Source: an uncultured Bacillota bacterium (GTDB lineage: Bacteria > Bacillota_I > Bacilli_A > RF39 > UBA660). From it: 64,000 nt of DNA. Position 1 is the first letter of the stretch, and every line of letters starts with the position of its first letter. Below are positions 38,504 to 48,524 of the stretch, in pieces. The notes beneath the pieces were generated by a model that was not told the DNA's origin, did no database searches, and saw only the letters and a list, made by a program, of their open reading frames with translations. Both the position numbers and the translations under genes were made by a program. The stretch is taken from assembly GCA_905205665.1 (NCBI GenBank), contig CAJLEF010000005.1, positions 25,266-89,265 of the forward strand. The letters are read 5' to 3'.

Positions 38504-41056
38504 TTATTTCTCTAATAAACTTAATTTTAGTTTCTCAGCCTCTAATTTTTCTTGTTCTTCTTTAACAAGTTTTTCTGGAGCTTTTTTAACAAAGTTTTCA
38601 TTGGCTAATAATTTTTCTCTTTTTTCAATACTAGCTTTTAAGAAAGATATTTCTTTTTCTTTTTTTTCAATATCTTCTTTGCTTTCTTCTTTTTCATCAC
38701 ATAAGGTCATATTATAGTTTTTATAGACAACTTCATATTTATTTTCACTTTGGCTTTCAGAGGCTATATGATCTGTTATTTTTAACATTTGCATAATAAA
38801 GGTATAATCTTCTTTATTATTTAATAAAACGTGATATTCTTTACCAATATTATGTTCTGCTTTCATATTTCTAAATAAACGAATGAATTCCATTTCATCT
38901 TCAACTTCTAAAGAAACATCTTTAAACACTTCTTTTTTGTCATATTTTGGATAATCACTTAACATGATTGTATCTTTTGTTTCTAAAACTTTTTGATAAA
39001 TTTCTTCTGTTACAAAAGGCATGAATGGATGAAGCATTTTTAAAATACCTACTAAAACTTTACGTAAAACAAGTTTTGTTGTGTTTTCGCTCATATGAAA
39101 TTTGGCCATTTCTATATATTTATCACAGAAATCTTCCCAAATAAAACGATATAAAATAGTACCAACGTTTTGGAATTCAAATTTATCCATATATTTTGTT
39201 ACAGCTTTCACGGTTTCATTATATTTTGTTAAAATCCATTTATCTTCTTTATTTAAAGTAAGTTCTTCCGTTTCATCTAAACCATCTAAATTCATCATGA
39301 CAAAACGAGAAGCATTCCAGATTTTATTAATGAAATTCCAAGTACTTTTTACTTTTTCTTCATCATATCTTAAATCAGTTCCCCCAGCTGTAGAAGTAGT
39401 TAAATAGTATCTTAAAGCATCAGCCCCATAAGAATCTATTACATCCATAGGATCTACCCCGTTGCCAAGACTTTTACTCATTTTTCTACCTTGTTTATCC
39501 CTAATTAAACCATGAATATAACAATATTCAAAAGGACGAGTATTTGTAAAATGAAGGCCTTGGAAAGTCATTCTATTAACCCAGAAAGGAATAATGTCAT
39601 AACCAGTTACTAAAACATTCGTTGGATAATACTTAGAAAGTAAATCTGTATTTAAAGGCCAACCAAGGGTTGAAAAAGGCCATAAAGCACTGGAAAACCA
39701 AGTGTCTAAAACATCTTCATCTTGAACCCAGCCTTCTTCTTTAGGAGCTTCCATACCAACGTAAACATTGCCATCTTTATACCATGCTGGTATTTGATGT
39801 CCCCACCAAAGTTGTCTTGAAATACACCAGTCATACGTAATTTCCATCCAGTGATTCATTATTTTTTCATAACGTGCTGGTAAAAATTTAACTTTCGTTT
39901 CTTTATTTTTTTGATTTTCCAAAACGGCATCCGCAAGAGGTCTCATCTTAACAAACCATTGTTTAGAAACAATAGGCTCAACCATAGCATCGGTTCTTTC
40001 AGAATGCCCAACACTATGAACGATAGGTTCCACTTTAAGTAAGTAACCTTTTTCTTTTAATTCTTCTAATAATTTTTCTCGACATACAAAACGGTCCATG
40101 CCAGCATAAGAAAGGCAATTTTCGTTCATGGTACCGTCTAAGTTTAAAATATCAATGCCTTCTAAGTTATGTCTTTTACCTACTTCGTAGTCATTTGGAT
40201 CACTTTTAGGGGTTATTTTAACACAACCCGTACCTTTTTCCATATCAGCGTGTTCATCGGCAATAATAGGTATTTCTCTATTAACAAGTGGTAAAATAAC
40301 GGTTTTGCCAATGTATTTTTGATATCTTTTATCGTCTTTGTTAACCGCGACTGCCATATCCCCAAACATTGTTTCAGGACGAGTTGTTGCCACGTCTAAA
40401 TATTCATCTGTTCCTTTAATAGGGTATTTTAAATGATAAAAATTACCTGGTACATCTTTATAAATAACTTCTTCATTTGATAAAGCCGTTTTAGCAACAG
40501 GATCCCAATTAATCATTCTTTCCCCACGATATATAAGACCTTCGTTATATAAATCAACAAATACTTTACGAACTGCTTTAGATAGGCCGTCATCTAAGGT
40601 AAATCTTTCTTTCGAATAATCCACACTTAAACCAAGTTTAGCCCATTGACGATGGATATTAGAAGCATACTCATCTTTCCATTTCCAAGCTTCTTTTAAC
40701 CAATCTTCCCTTTTCATGCTACGAGGATCAATTCCTTCTTCACGAAGTTTTTTATCAACTTTTGCTTGCGTAGCAATACCAGCATGATCCATTCCAGGAA
40801 CCCATAGAGCATCAAAGCCTTGCATTCTTTTATAACGAATCATAATATCTTGAATAGATGTATTCCAAGCATGACCAAGATGTAATTTTCCTGTTACATT
40901 TGGAGGTGGAATAACAATGCAAAATGGTTTGCCGTCATTTTTACCACTTTCAAAATAGCCTTGTTCTTTCCAAAAATTATATTTTCCTTCTTCTATTTCT
41001 AAGTGATTATATTTTTTATCGATTAAGTCCACGATTTTGCTCCTTGATTTCATCAT
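38504..41056 (-). CDS. valS: Valyl-tRNA synthetase.
   Basis: HIGH (PNVTGKLHLGHA) and KMSKS motifs, with a C-terminal coiled coil. Confidence 0.9.
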   Translation of the reverse strand: MMKSRSKIVDLIDKKYNHLEIEEGKYNFWKEQGYFESGKNDGKPFCIVIPPPNVTGKLHLGHAWNTSIQDIMIRYKRMQGFDALWVPGMDHAGIATQAKVDKKLREEGIDPRSMKREDWLKEAWKWKDEYASNIHRQWAKLGLSVDYSKERFTLDDGLSKAVRKVFVDLYNEGLIYRGERMINWDPVAKTALSNEEVIYKDVPGNFYHLKYPIKGTDEYLDVATTRPETMFGDMAVAVNKDDKRYQKYIGKTVILPLVNREIPIIADEHADMEKGTGCVKITPKSDPNDYEVGKRHNLEGIDILNLDGTMNENCLSYAGMDRFVCREKLLEELKEKGYLLKVEPIVHSVGHSERTDAMVEPIVSKQWFVKMRPLADAVLENQKNKETKVKFLPARYEKIMNHWMEITYDWCISRQLWWGHQIPAWYKDGNVYVGMEAPKEEGWVQDEDVLDTWFSSALWPFSTLGWPLNTDLLSKYYPTNVLVTGYDIIPFWVNRMTFQGLHFTNTRPFEYCYIHGLIRDKQGRKMSKSLGNGVDPMDVIDSYGADALRYYLTTSTAGGTDLRYDEEKVKSTWNFINKIWNASRFVMMNLDGLDETEELTLNKEDKWILTKYNETVKAVTKYMDKFEFQNVGTILYRFIWEDFCDKYIEMAKFHMSENTTKLVLRKVLVGILKMLHPFMPFVTEEIYQKVLETKDTIMLSDYPKYDKKEVFKDVSLEVEDEMEFIRLFRNMKAEHNIGKEYHVLLNNKEDYTFIMQMLKITDHIASESQSENKYEVVYKNYNMTLCDEKEESKEDIEKKEKEISFLKASIEKREKLLANENFVKKAPEKLVKEEQEKLEAEKLKLSLLEK

Positions 41057-41426
41057 ATGTTTTTAAAAGATTTGCTGTATCAATATTCTTCCAAACTTTT
41101 TTTGACGCATCATATTTAATCAAACGAAATCTTTTAAAAGCTTCTTCTTCCATTATATTTTCAACAAAATAAATAACTTGATGAGTACTGATATGTTCCG
41201 GAAAAAGAGCTACTAAATCATTAATACCATCCATAATAGTTAACATCTGATAATCCTTAGCGGCGCTTTTAGCGTTATCCAATATAGAGTCATTTTTCAC
41301 TTTATAATTGGCATCTACTTCTTGTTTTAATGTTTCAGCAATTAATTCATCATTCCATTTATTTACATCTTCTGTAGCATTTGTTAATACCATACCTGTT
41401 CGACTAATTAATAAAATTTCTTTCAT
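41016..41426 (-). CDS. Hypothetical protein upstream of valS and overlapping it.
   Basis: An AGAGGAAAG ribosome-binding site precedes the MKEILL ATG at 41426. Confidence 0.4.
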   Translation of the reverse strand: MKEILLISRTGMVLTNATEDVNKWNDELIAETLKQEVDANYKVKNDSILDNAKSAAKDYQMLTIMDGINDLVALFPEHISTHQVIYFVENIMEEEAFKRFRLIKYDASKKVWKNIDTANLLKTYDEIKEQNRGLNR

Positions 41427-41993
41427 AAATAATTTCTTTCCTCTCTTCAACTTCTCAGTCCTTAAAAGGCAAAAATCAAGATTAAAATAAATGAATTAAA
41501 CTTTTTTATTATAATGATTAACTGCAAAATACATACATAAATCAATGAAGAAAATTTCCCAAATTATTTTTTTCTAAATATATTCTAAATCTGAAAACAT
41601 GTTTTTTTATTTGATGTAATGGTACTTTAGATGACAATTGATTATTATTTCAAAAATGATGATTTTAATATTCTCATGGATGACTAACTTAAATCTTTAA
41701 ATGTTAATTTTACCCTCATTTTGAATATTCAAATTTAATTATTTATTTTCAACTATTAACGCCTTTCTAACAAAAAAGAATGATCCATCCAAAGGAGTCA
41801 AAGTTTGACGGTACCATCCTTATTTTTTCTCTTTCTTGATAAAGGAGACATCTCCTACATGCATTTGTTAACAACCTTCTAAAATAAATTTTGTTTATTT
41901 ACACCAACCATAAACTCTCTTTAAAAAATTTATTTTATACTCCTTTAACTTCTTCGCATTTCTTAAATATCATACCAGTATATTTTCTAAAAA

Positions 41994-42965
41994 TCAAGAT
42001 AGTTTAATCGTTTGCCTTAAACTATTACCAATATATACTTTTAGATTGGTTTCTTCTAAAATTGTTTTACCTTCATTACCAGCCAAAGAAAAGGTATCAC
42101 TAATTATTTTATTATTCATTAAATCGTAAACATAGAAGGTATCTTCATTTGTCGTACAATTTAAATATTTACCTGTAAAAGATAATTTTTTAAAATGACC
42201 ATCTAATTTTTCATTATTATTATAATCAATCAAAACATTATCATTATTAAGTGTTTCAATGATAATAACATCCCCATTAAAAGCCACGATTGGTTCAGTA
42301 ATATTTGCTGTTAAAGTTGCGTCATTAGTATCAATAATATTCCAAGTCCCATCTTTTAAAGCAATGTAATAATCCGAATTTAAAAGTTCTGTACTTTCTT
42401 CATAAGAAAGACCAATGAATTTATAATTATCAGTAAAAGGAATAAGCATATGGGGCATATTTAGAAAACTCATTACGCCATAATTACCATCCATATCTGC
42501 TAAAATAACATTATCATTAGTGAGTCCCTGTCCATAATCTTTAACTTCTTTATAAGTTGTAGTTTTATAGGCTGATTTTGTTTTTATATCATATAAGAAA
42601 GTTATTCCATCATCTGTAATAAAAGCATATCTATCTTGAATAACTTTAACGTAAGCAGAAGAATCGATAAAAGTCTTTTTATATGTACCATCAGTCACGG
42701 TATTTTTAGCAATATCACAATCATCAGAAGTACATTCATAATTACCAATCAACTCGCCATCTTCCGTATAAAACCATAATTTATTATCAAAAAACTTTTC
42801 TTTATTCGTGTTTGGCTTCTCATTATTAATGATAATCTGTTTTTTAGAGTGGTGTAAAAACATGCCATATCCCCCTAAAAAGGAAGAAAGGACGAGTAAA
42901 ATAACAATCGTTATCCCCGCACTTTTAGTTATTTTCTTGTCCATCTGTCGTCTCTTCTTTCTCAC
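41994..42965 (-). CDS. Membrane-anchored extracellular protein with KYG (WG-like) repeats, paralogous to the next gene.
   Basis: N-terminal TM segment ITIVILLVLSSFLGGYGMF. Repeats such as NYGVMSFLN and RYAFITDDGITFLYD. A G-x-YEC...C cysteine pair. Confidence 0.45.
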   Translation of the reverse strand: MRKKRRQMDKKITKSAGITIVILLVLSSFLGGYGMFLHHSKKQIIINNEKPNTNKEKFFDNKLWFYTEDGELIGNYECTSDDCDIAKNTVTDGTYKKTFIDSSAYVKVIQDRYAFITDDGITFLYDIKTKSAYKTTTYKEVKDYGQGLTNDNVILADMDGNYGVMSFLNMPHMLIPFTDNYKFIGLSYEESTELLNSDYYIALKDGTWNIIDTNDATLTANITEPIVAFNGDVIIIETLNNDNVLIDYNNNEKLDGHFKKLSFTGKYLNCTTNEDTFYVYDLMNNKIISDTFSLAGNEGKTILEETNLKVYIGNSLRQTIKLS

Positions 42966-45189
42966 TTACATAACTGCCATCTAATAAGAATTTTAAAGGA
43001 GCATTATAAGTATTATTGGTATTACCAATTTCGACATAAATATACTTACTATCAAAGGTAATTCTAAAGGAGTTGACATTGCTACCATAATAACGATCTG
43101 TTAAAAGTTTAAGGCCATTTTCACCTTTTTCATCCCCATTTACTTCATAAATGTATTCTTTATTTGGTTCATCGTAACGATACAAATGAACACGATGATT
43201 AATAACTGCAGCATAAAAATCGTCATAAAGTTCTACATAATTATATGCTGTACTACTTATTTCTTTATCAAATGAATGAACAAAGAACATGTTATCTTTA
43301 AAAGTTTTCAAATAATTTTTGTAATAGTCAACAATTGGAGAAGCTTTATCTTCAGTTTGTTTAGAACCATTTCTATCATATAAAGAATATTTATTATTTT
43401 CTGTCACCACAAAGTAATCACCTAAGCGTTTAATCTCGGATTTATTAAATTGAATAACAGAACTTACGCCATCACTCGTTATTTTATTAACGCCGTATTT
43501 ACCGCTAGCTTTTGAAACAGCAATAAAGTATAAATTAGAAGGAGTAATAAAAGTTACATCTTCACCACCTGTATAAGAAGAAGTGTCCACACTAGAAAAT
43601 TCACTAATAGGTTTCGTTGTATTACTTAAATCAACTAAATAAATGCTAGAGCCATCTTTAATAAAGGCATATTTTTTACCGATAATTGGAATGTAACCTT
43701 CTTTGACATCTCCCGTTTCTTTCACATTACCATTTGTTTCTCTGTAGACAGAATCACTAGCTATAGTACAATTGCTAAGTTTTTGGGTATTATTTTCAAT
43801 GGTATTTTGATTGTTGCAACGGTAAGAACCTAGAAGTTCTTTTTTACTACTGTCACCATAAATATATAAAGAACCATCAAAATAATTTAAGAACGCTAAA
43901 TTTTTAGATAATCTTCCCTCTTTTAAATTAACATTATAATTTGTTTTCTCATCATTATCATAAACATTAACAAGAAGAATATCGTCTGTTAATTCATAAT
44001 CAAATGATTTTTTAGTATTTACAAGTTTTAAATCATCATTATAAACTTCTGTTTTATTATAAACATCACTTTTTAATTCGATGTCTTTCATGCTGTATGA
44101 ATTGTCTTCATAATCTAAAACATATAACTTGTTTTGACGAACAGAAATCATGATATCTTTTAATAAAACAATATAGTCTTGATCATCATTTTTGCTTACT
44201 TCTTTAGCATTATAATCATAAACATGATATTTATTTTGACTATTTTTCGTTACCACGTATTTATCATTAGCATTTACAATGGTTTCATTGAAAGCCTTGG
44301 TTAAAGGTTTATTTTCCAAGTTGGATACATAAGAATTGTTATCTTTACGAACAGAAACAAGTTTTACTTCCTCTTGATTAGGAATAATGTGTAATTCATC
44401 ATAAGTAGCCGGAATAACCGTTTTAGCTTCCTCATCAGTTAATTCTATTAAACCGTATTTGCTTTCCTCATTTTTTACAATGATATCATTCGTATATTGA
44501 TAGCTTGTTAAGACATCATAGACAGTACTTACTGTTTTTTCATCTTTAAGATCATATAAAATATAACTTTTAACACTTTCATCTTTTGTATCTCGAATGA
44601 AAACAAAACGATCGTGATAAATAGAGGAACGAAGTTGTAAAGCTTCTTCTTTTTCATTTTCAAGTCTTGTGGTATCCATCACCGTATCTTGATTTAAGAA
44701 AGCCACTTCACATTGTTTTTCATCTTTATTAACACATTCATATTTACCAAGTTCTTTACCATCTTTATCAAGCAAAATAAGTGTTCCATTCTCGTAACGA
44801 TAATTATCTTTTTCTAAAATAACATCAGGATTGCTTAAGGAAGAAGAATTGTCTTTTTTTAAAACAAAGAAAACAATAACTCCTACAATTAATAAGACGA
44901 CTAAAACAGCAACAATAGAAAAGATGATTTTCTTTTTTTTATCAAGAGACTTCCACCAATCCTTTAACTTATCTAAAGGTTTCTTTTTCTTAGGTGGTTC
45001 TTCTTTTTTCATTTCCTCTTTTGTTTCCACTTCTGTTTTAAAAATCAAATCCGAATCTTTCATATGTTCATCAAATTCACTTTGATATTCATTGGCAATA
45101 TTTTCTAATGATTCTAAGGCTAAATCACTTAAGGTATTAAGTTCTTTAGTATCTTCTTTTTTAGTTAAATTATCCGTTTCATTATTCAT
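42925..45189 (-). CDS. Large (754-aa) membrane-anchored KYG/WG-like repeat protein.
   Basis: Acidic N-terminal region, then a TM segment IIFSIVAVLVVLLIVGVIVFFVL. Multiple repeats KYG(L/V)...IP..YD and repeated GxY(E/R)C...C modules. Confidence 0.45.
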   Translation of the reverse strand: MNNETDNLTKKEDTKELNTLSDLALESLENIANEYQSEFDEHMKDSDLIFKTEVETKEEMKKEEPPKKKKPLDKLKDWWKSLDKKKKIIFSIVAVLVVLLIVGVIVFFVLKKDNSSSLSNPDVILEKDNYRYENGTLILLDKDGKELGKYECVNKDEKQCEVAFLNQDTVMDTTRLENEKEEALQLRSSIYHDRFVFIRDTKDESVKSYILYDLKDEKTVSTVYDVLTSYQYTNDIIVKNEESKYGLIELTDEEAKTVIPATYDELHIIPNQEEVKLVSVRKDNNSYVSNLENKPLTKAFNETIVNANDKYVVTKNSQNKYHVYDYNAKEVSKNDDQDYIVLLKDIMISVRQNKLYVLDYEDNSYSMKDIELKSDVYNKTEVYNDDLKLVNTKKSFDYELTDDILLVNVYDNDEKTNYNVNLKEGRLSKNLAFLNYFDGSLYIYGDSSKKELLGSYRCNNQNTIENNTQKLSNCTIASDSVYRETNGNVKETGDVKEGYIPIIGKKYAFIKDGSSIYLVDLSNTTKPISEFSSVDTSSYTGGEDVTFITPSNLYFIAVSKASGKYGVNKITSDGVSSVIQFNKSEIKRLGDYFVVTENNKYSLYDRNGSKQTEDKASPIVDYYKNYLKTFKDNMFFVHSFDKEISSTAYNYVELYDDFYAAVINHRVHLYRYDEPNKEYIYEVNGDEKGENGLKLLTDRYYGSNVNSFRITFDSKYIYVEIGNTNNTYNAPLKFLLDGSYVSEKEETTDGQENN

Positions 45190-45371
45190 ATTTTGAACCT
45201 CTTTCTATTTTTAACTTTTTAAGAGTGTTGTTTATGTTGTTTTTGTTTGTAATCATCTACTACTCTTACTCTCTTCTACTATAAAAGAATATCACATTTT
45301 TTTTCGAAAGTATAGATTAAAAAAAATGAAGATATTTATAGGAGGTTATTTTAAAGTATTAAAAAAAACTG

Positions 45372-45965
45372 TCATTGAAAAATTTCTTTGACAGCATAAA
45401 AATTAGAATTCTTATCTTTTAATTTTTCTTGATCATCTTTTGATACAATAAATATATTATTATTTTTAGAAAGTTCACTTTGAATAAATTCACATATAAG
45501 AGAATACATCTCCAAATTAGCTAATTCAGGAGAAGATACCACTGGTTTTTTAGATACTTGACTCCAAAATAAATAATTTTCAAATGAGTGTAGATGATCG
45601 GTACTTATTTGAACAAAATCTGAATATGGTCAAGATAGCGTCTCTCGTTAAGTTTGGTATACCAATTTGGTGGGGCATCTACCGTACTCTTTACTCGATC
45701 ATCATATACACTAATTCCGCCAATATTAGCAGGAGTAGCACATCGAATAAATATCGTTTCGTAATTATCACAAAATTTTTTTAGTTAGTCTACTTGGTTA
45801 ACCCATGGATGAGAATCACAAATTAAAAGAGGTACATTGCCAAGCAAATAAAATGTTAGGATGTCTTCCTCAGTCAAGTTGCCTTCATTGGGAGTTCTTA
45901 AATTTTTCTCCAGTTCTTCTTCAAATAACCATTTTTTTTAATTACCCTTCTTTCTTCTTTTTCAT
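45372..45965 (-). pseudogene. Decayed gene of unknown family, with an in-frame TAA and at least one frameshift.
   Basis: Minus-strand segments read ...GNVPLLICDSHPWVNQVD*LKKFCDNYETIFIRCATPANIGGISVYDDRV...LDHIQILFK*, then shift frame to ...SPELANLEMYSLICEFIQSELSKNNNIFIVSKDDQEKLKDK...EIFQ*. The in-frame stop is at 45785-87 and the final stop at 45372-74. Confidence 0.5.
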
Positions 45966-46014
45966 TTCAAATTGGCTGTACTCTAACACAAAATCTAGGT
46001 AATTACAACTTTAT

Positions 46015-46788
46015 TTAAAATCTAACTTGAAATAAAAAGTCTAAAAACCATGAGAATTTATCATAGAAAAAGAAAACTAAACACAAAGCACTAATTAAAA
46101 ATGGGCCATATGGAAGTTCTTTAGTATGAGAAGAATATAAAGTAAACGTGGCATACGGTAAAGCCAAAAAAGTAGATAAAATAAGAGCCATTAAACCGTG
46201 AGGAAGACCTAAAATAAGTCCGAATAGAAATGAAAGTTTGATATCTCCTCCTCCTAAAGCTTCTCTTTTAAATAAAAATTTACCTAAAAGTCCGATAAAA
46301 AACATAAAGAAAAATAAAATAACGCCAGCAAGGATTCTTGAAAGAGCAAAAGAAAGACCATAAAAGAACCATTGTAATAGAAAAATACCAAGCGCACTAA
46401 CAATTAAAGGAGAATCTAAAATTATCATATATTTAATATCGGTCAAAAAGATCAAATCAAATAAAGAAAAGAGAAAAAGAGATATTAAAAAATAATAAGA
46501 AAAGCCATAATAAAAGTAAGATAAAGAAAAAGATAGTCCTAGAAATATTTCAGTAATTAGCATTGTTTTAGGAAGTTTATGATGACAAGAAGAACATTTT
46601 CCTTTTAAAAATAAATAAGAAAAAATTGGCACTAACTCATAAAAAGCTAAAGGATGATTACAATAGTCACAATGACTTCTTGGTTTAACAATGGATTTAC
46701 CAAGGGGTAGTCTTTCTGCCATCACTCCATAAAAGGAAGCTAAAACGCTTCCTAAAATAAAACACATTATACCATTAAATACATTCAT
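46015..46788 (-). CDS. pilD: Prepilin peptidase (A24 family, PilD/ComC).
   Basis: N-terminal tetracysteine CDYCNHPL...CSSCHHKL and a GGGDIKL motif. Start is assigned at the MNVFNG ATG at 46788. Confidence 0.8.
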   Translation of the reverse strand: MNVFNGIMCFILGSVLASFYGVMAERLPLGKSIVKPRSHCDYCNHPLAFYELVPIFSYLFLKGKCSSCHHKLPKTMLITEIFLGLSFSLSYFYYGFSYYFLISLFLFSLFDLIFLTDIKYMIILDSPLIVSALGIFLLQWFFYGLSFALSRILAGVILFFFMFFIGLLGKFLFKREALGGGDIKLSFLFGLILGLPHGLMALILSTFLALPYATFTLYSSHTKELPYGPFLISALCLVFFFYDKFSWFLDFLFQVRF

Positions 46789-46796
46789 AACATCAC

Positions 46797-48398
46797 CTAT
46801 TCTAGTTGTCCATATAAATCGAACATTGGCACCATAACAGCCATTAAAATCACACCAACAATTACAGCTAATAAACAAATAGTAATCGGTTCGATAAATG
46901 ATTTCAAGCTATTAACCATAGAACGATGCATTTCTTGATAGTAACTACTTACTTTGCTCATCATCTCAGCTAACTGACCTGTTGATTCACCTGTTTCAAT
47001 CATAAAGTAAGCAACATCTGGTACCGCCCAATGATCTTTAAAAGCTAAACTTATTTTATCACCTTTGACAATATTGTCGATGGTATTATACATAATTTCT
47101 TTATAAATCTCATTATTTGTTATTTTACTTAAAATATCAATACTATCCGTAATAAAAACATTATTTTTTAAAAGAGAAGCAAACGTTTTAGAAAAGATAG
47201 TCATTTCATTATAAATAATAACTTTGCCAATGATTGGTATTTTCATAGCAAAAGTCTGCAATGATTTACGAAAAGCCTTAATTTTTTGATAAAGTAAAAC
47301 TAAAATAAGTATAATAACTGAAATCATTAAAATGAGAGTTAAAGCATTAGCTTGTAAAAAATTACTAATATTTAAAATAAGAACGGTAAAGCCATTTAAA
47401 GTAGCTCCTGCTTCCTCATAAATATTAACAAACTGAGGAACTACCCATACCATAATAAAAGTAATAACTGCTAAAGCAAAAATCATAATAATAGTTGGAT
47501 AAGTCAAAGCAGACACCATTTGTTTTCTAGTTTTTTCTATTTCTTCATAGTAATTAGCCATATCATCCAAGGTTTCTTCAAGTTCGCCAGTTGCTTCAGC
47601 GGCTTTTATCATATTAATTAAAAGAGCTGGAAACATATTTCCTTGTTTTTCTAGAGCACTTGAAAAAGATTCTCCCATGGTTAGCTCGTAAATGATAGAT
47701 TGAAAAGCTCTTTTATAAGTAGCATTTTTATTCATTTGACGATTCAATATTCTAATAGAATCTGTTAGTGGAATACCACTTTTTAAATAAGTAGAAAGCT
47801 GTGTGAGCCAAAATAATAAATCTTTATTTTTTAAACGAACCGAAAAAAGACTTGATTTACCATAAATTAAATTAATAAGATCACTTGTTTCGATTTTATA
47901 AACATCATAACCATCTTGTACTAAGAAGGTATTAACATCTAGCTTAGAAAAACTGTTCATAATACCCGTTTCAATTTTACCTTCTCTATTTTTGGCAGTA
48001 AAACGGTATACTTGAGCTTCTTTACTTCTTATTTTACCTGTCGTTTCTAATTCATTTAAAAGTTTTAGTTTTTCTTTCTCGAGGCCCTCGATTTTCTTTT
48101 TCATAAAAGATGTGTTTTTTAATAGATCATTAATATCCATGTTTAAAACACTTTTTGGCTTTTCTTCTTTTTTTGCCTTTGTATTTGCATTAGAACTTGC
48201 ACTTTTATTTACAGGAGCAACGGCTTCTGATACTTTTACACTGGCATGCTGCCATAAAAAGGTTGGCAAATCTTTAAAAACATAAACAATACCACGCCAT
48301 AGACACTCAAAAATATAAATAATAACTTCCATCACAGATTTAAAAGACATAAATAAACCAATGCTCGGATATTTTAAAGGATTCGAATTCTCTTGCAT
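46797..48398 (-). CDS. pilC: Type II secretion/type IV pilus platform protein (GspF/PilC/ComGB family) with an N-terminal extension.
   Basis: Two GspF-domain repeats. The ATG at 48398 has a GAGGG ribosome-binding site 6 nt upstream. An alternative ATG at 48140 has none. Confidence 0.7.
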   Translation of the reverse strand: MQENSNPLKYPSIGLFMSFKSVMEVIIYIFECLWRGIVYVFKDLPTFLWQHASVKVSEAVAPVNKSASSNANTKAKKEEKPKSVLNMDINDLLKNTSFMKKKIEGLEKEKLKLLNELETTGKIRSKEAQVYRFTAKNREGKIETGIMNSFSKLDVNTFLVQDGYDVYKIETSDLINLIYGKSSLFSVRLKNKDLLFWLTQLSTYLKSGIPLTDSIRILNRQMNKNATYKRAFQSIIYELTMGESFSSALEKQGNMFPALLINMIKAAEATGELEETLDDMANYYEEIEKTRKQMVSALTYPTIIMIFALAVITFIMVWVVPQFVNIYEEAGATLNGFTVLILNISNFLQANALTLILMISVIILILVLLYQKIKAFRKSLQTFAMKIPIIGKVIIYNEMTIFSKTFASLLKNNVFITDSIDILSKITNNEIYKEIMYNTIDNIVKGDKISLAFKDHWAVPDVAYFMIETGESTGQLAEMMSKVSSYYQEMHRSMVNSLKSFIEPITICLLAVIVGVILMAVMVPMFDLYGQLE

Positions 48399-48524
48399 AC
48401 TATTCCCTCTATTCTCTTTTTAAGTATATCATATTTCTTCATAAGCAAACAACTTAATTTTTAAAAGAAAAGATTTTCACAATGAAAAAAAACCACTAAA
48501 AAATTGGCTCTTCAAACATATGGT

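Noticed and set aside
41775-41835. T-box-like box (GGAUGGUACCGUC on the minus strand) upstream of the valS operon.
   Set aside because: It deviates from the consensus at 3 of 13 positions. It lies about 350 nt from the nearest start codon with no intervening ORF. It sits right after the stop of the upstream gene, so it is more likely part of that gene's terminator region (hairpins GGAGAUGUCUCC and GUCAAACUUUGAC).
46789-46878. N-terminal 30-aa extension of the pilD frame (MFISCNCWCDFNGCYGANVRF...).
   Set aside because: It overlaps the 3' end of pilC by about 80 nt. The internal Met (MNVFNG) gives a canonical prepilin-peptidase N-terminus, so the extension is treated as non-coding read-through.
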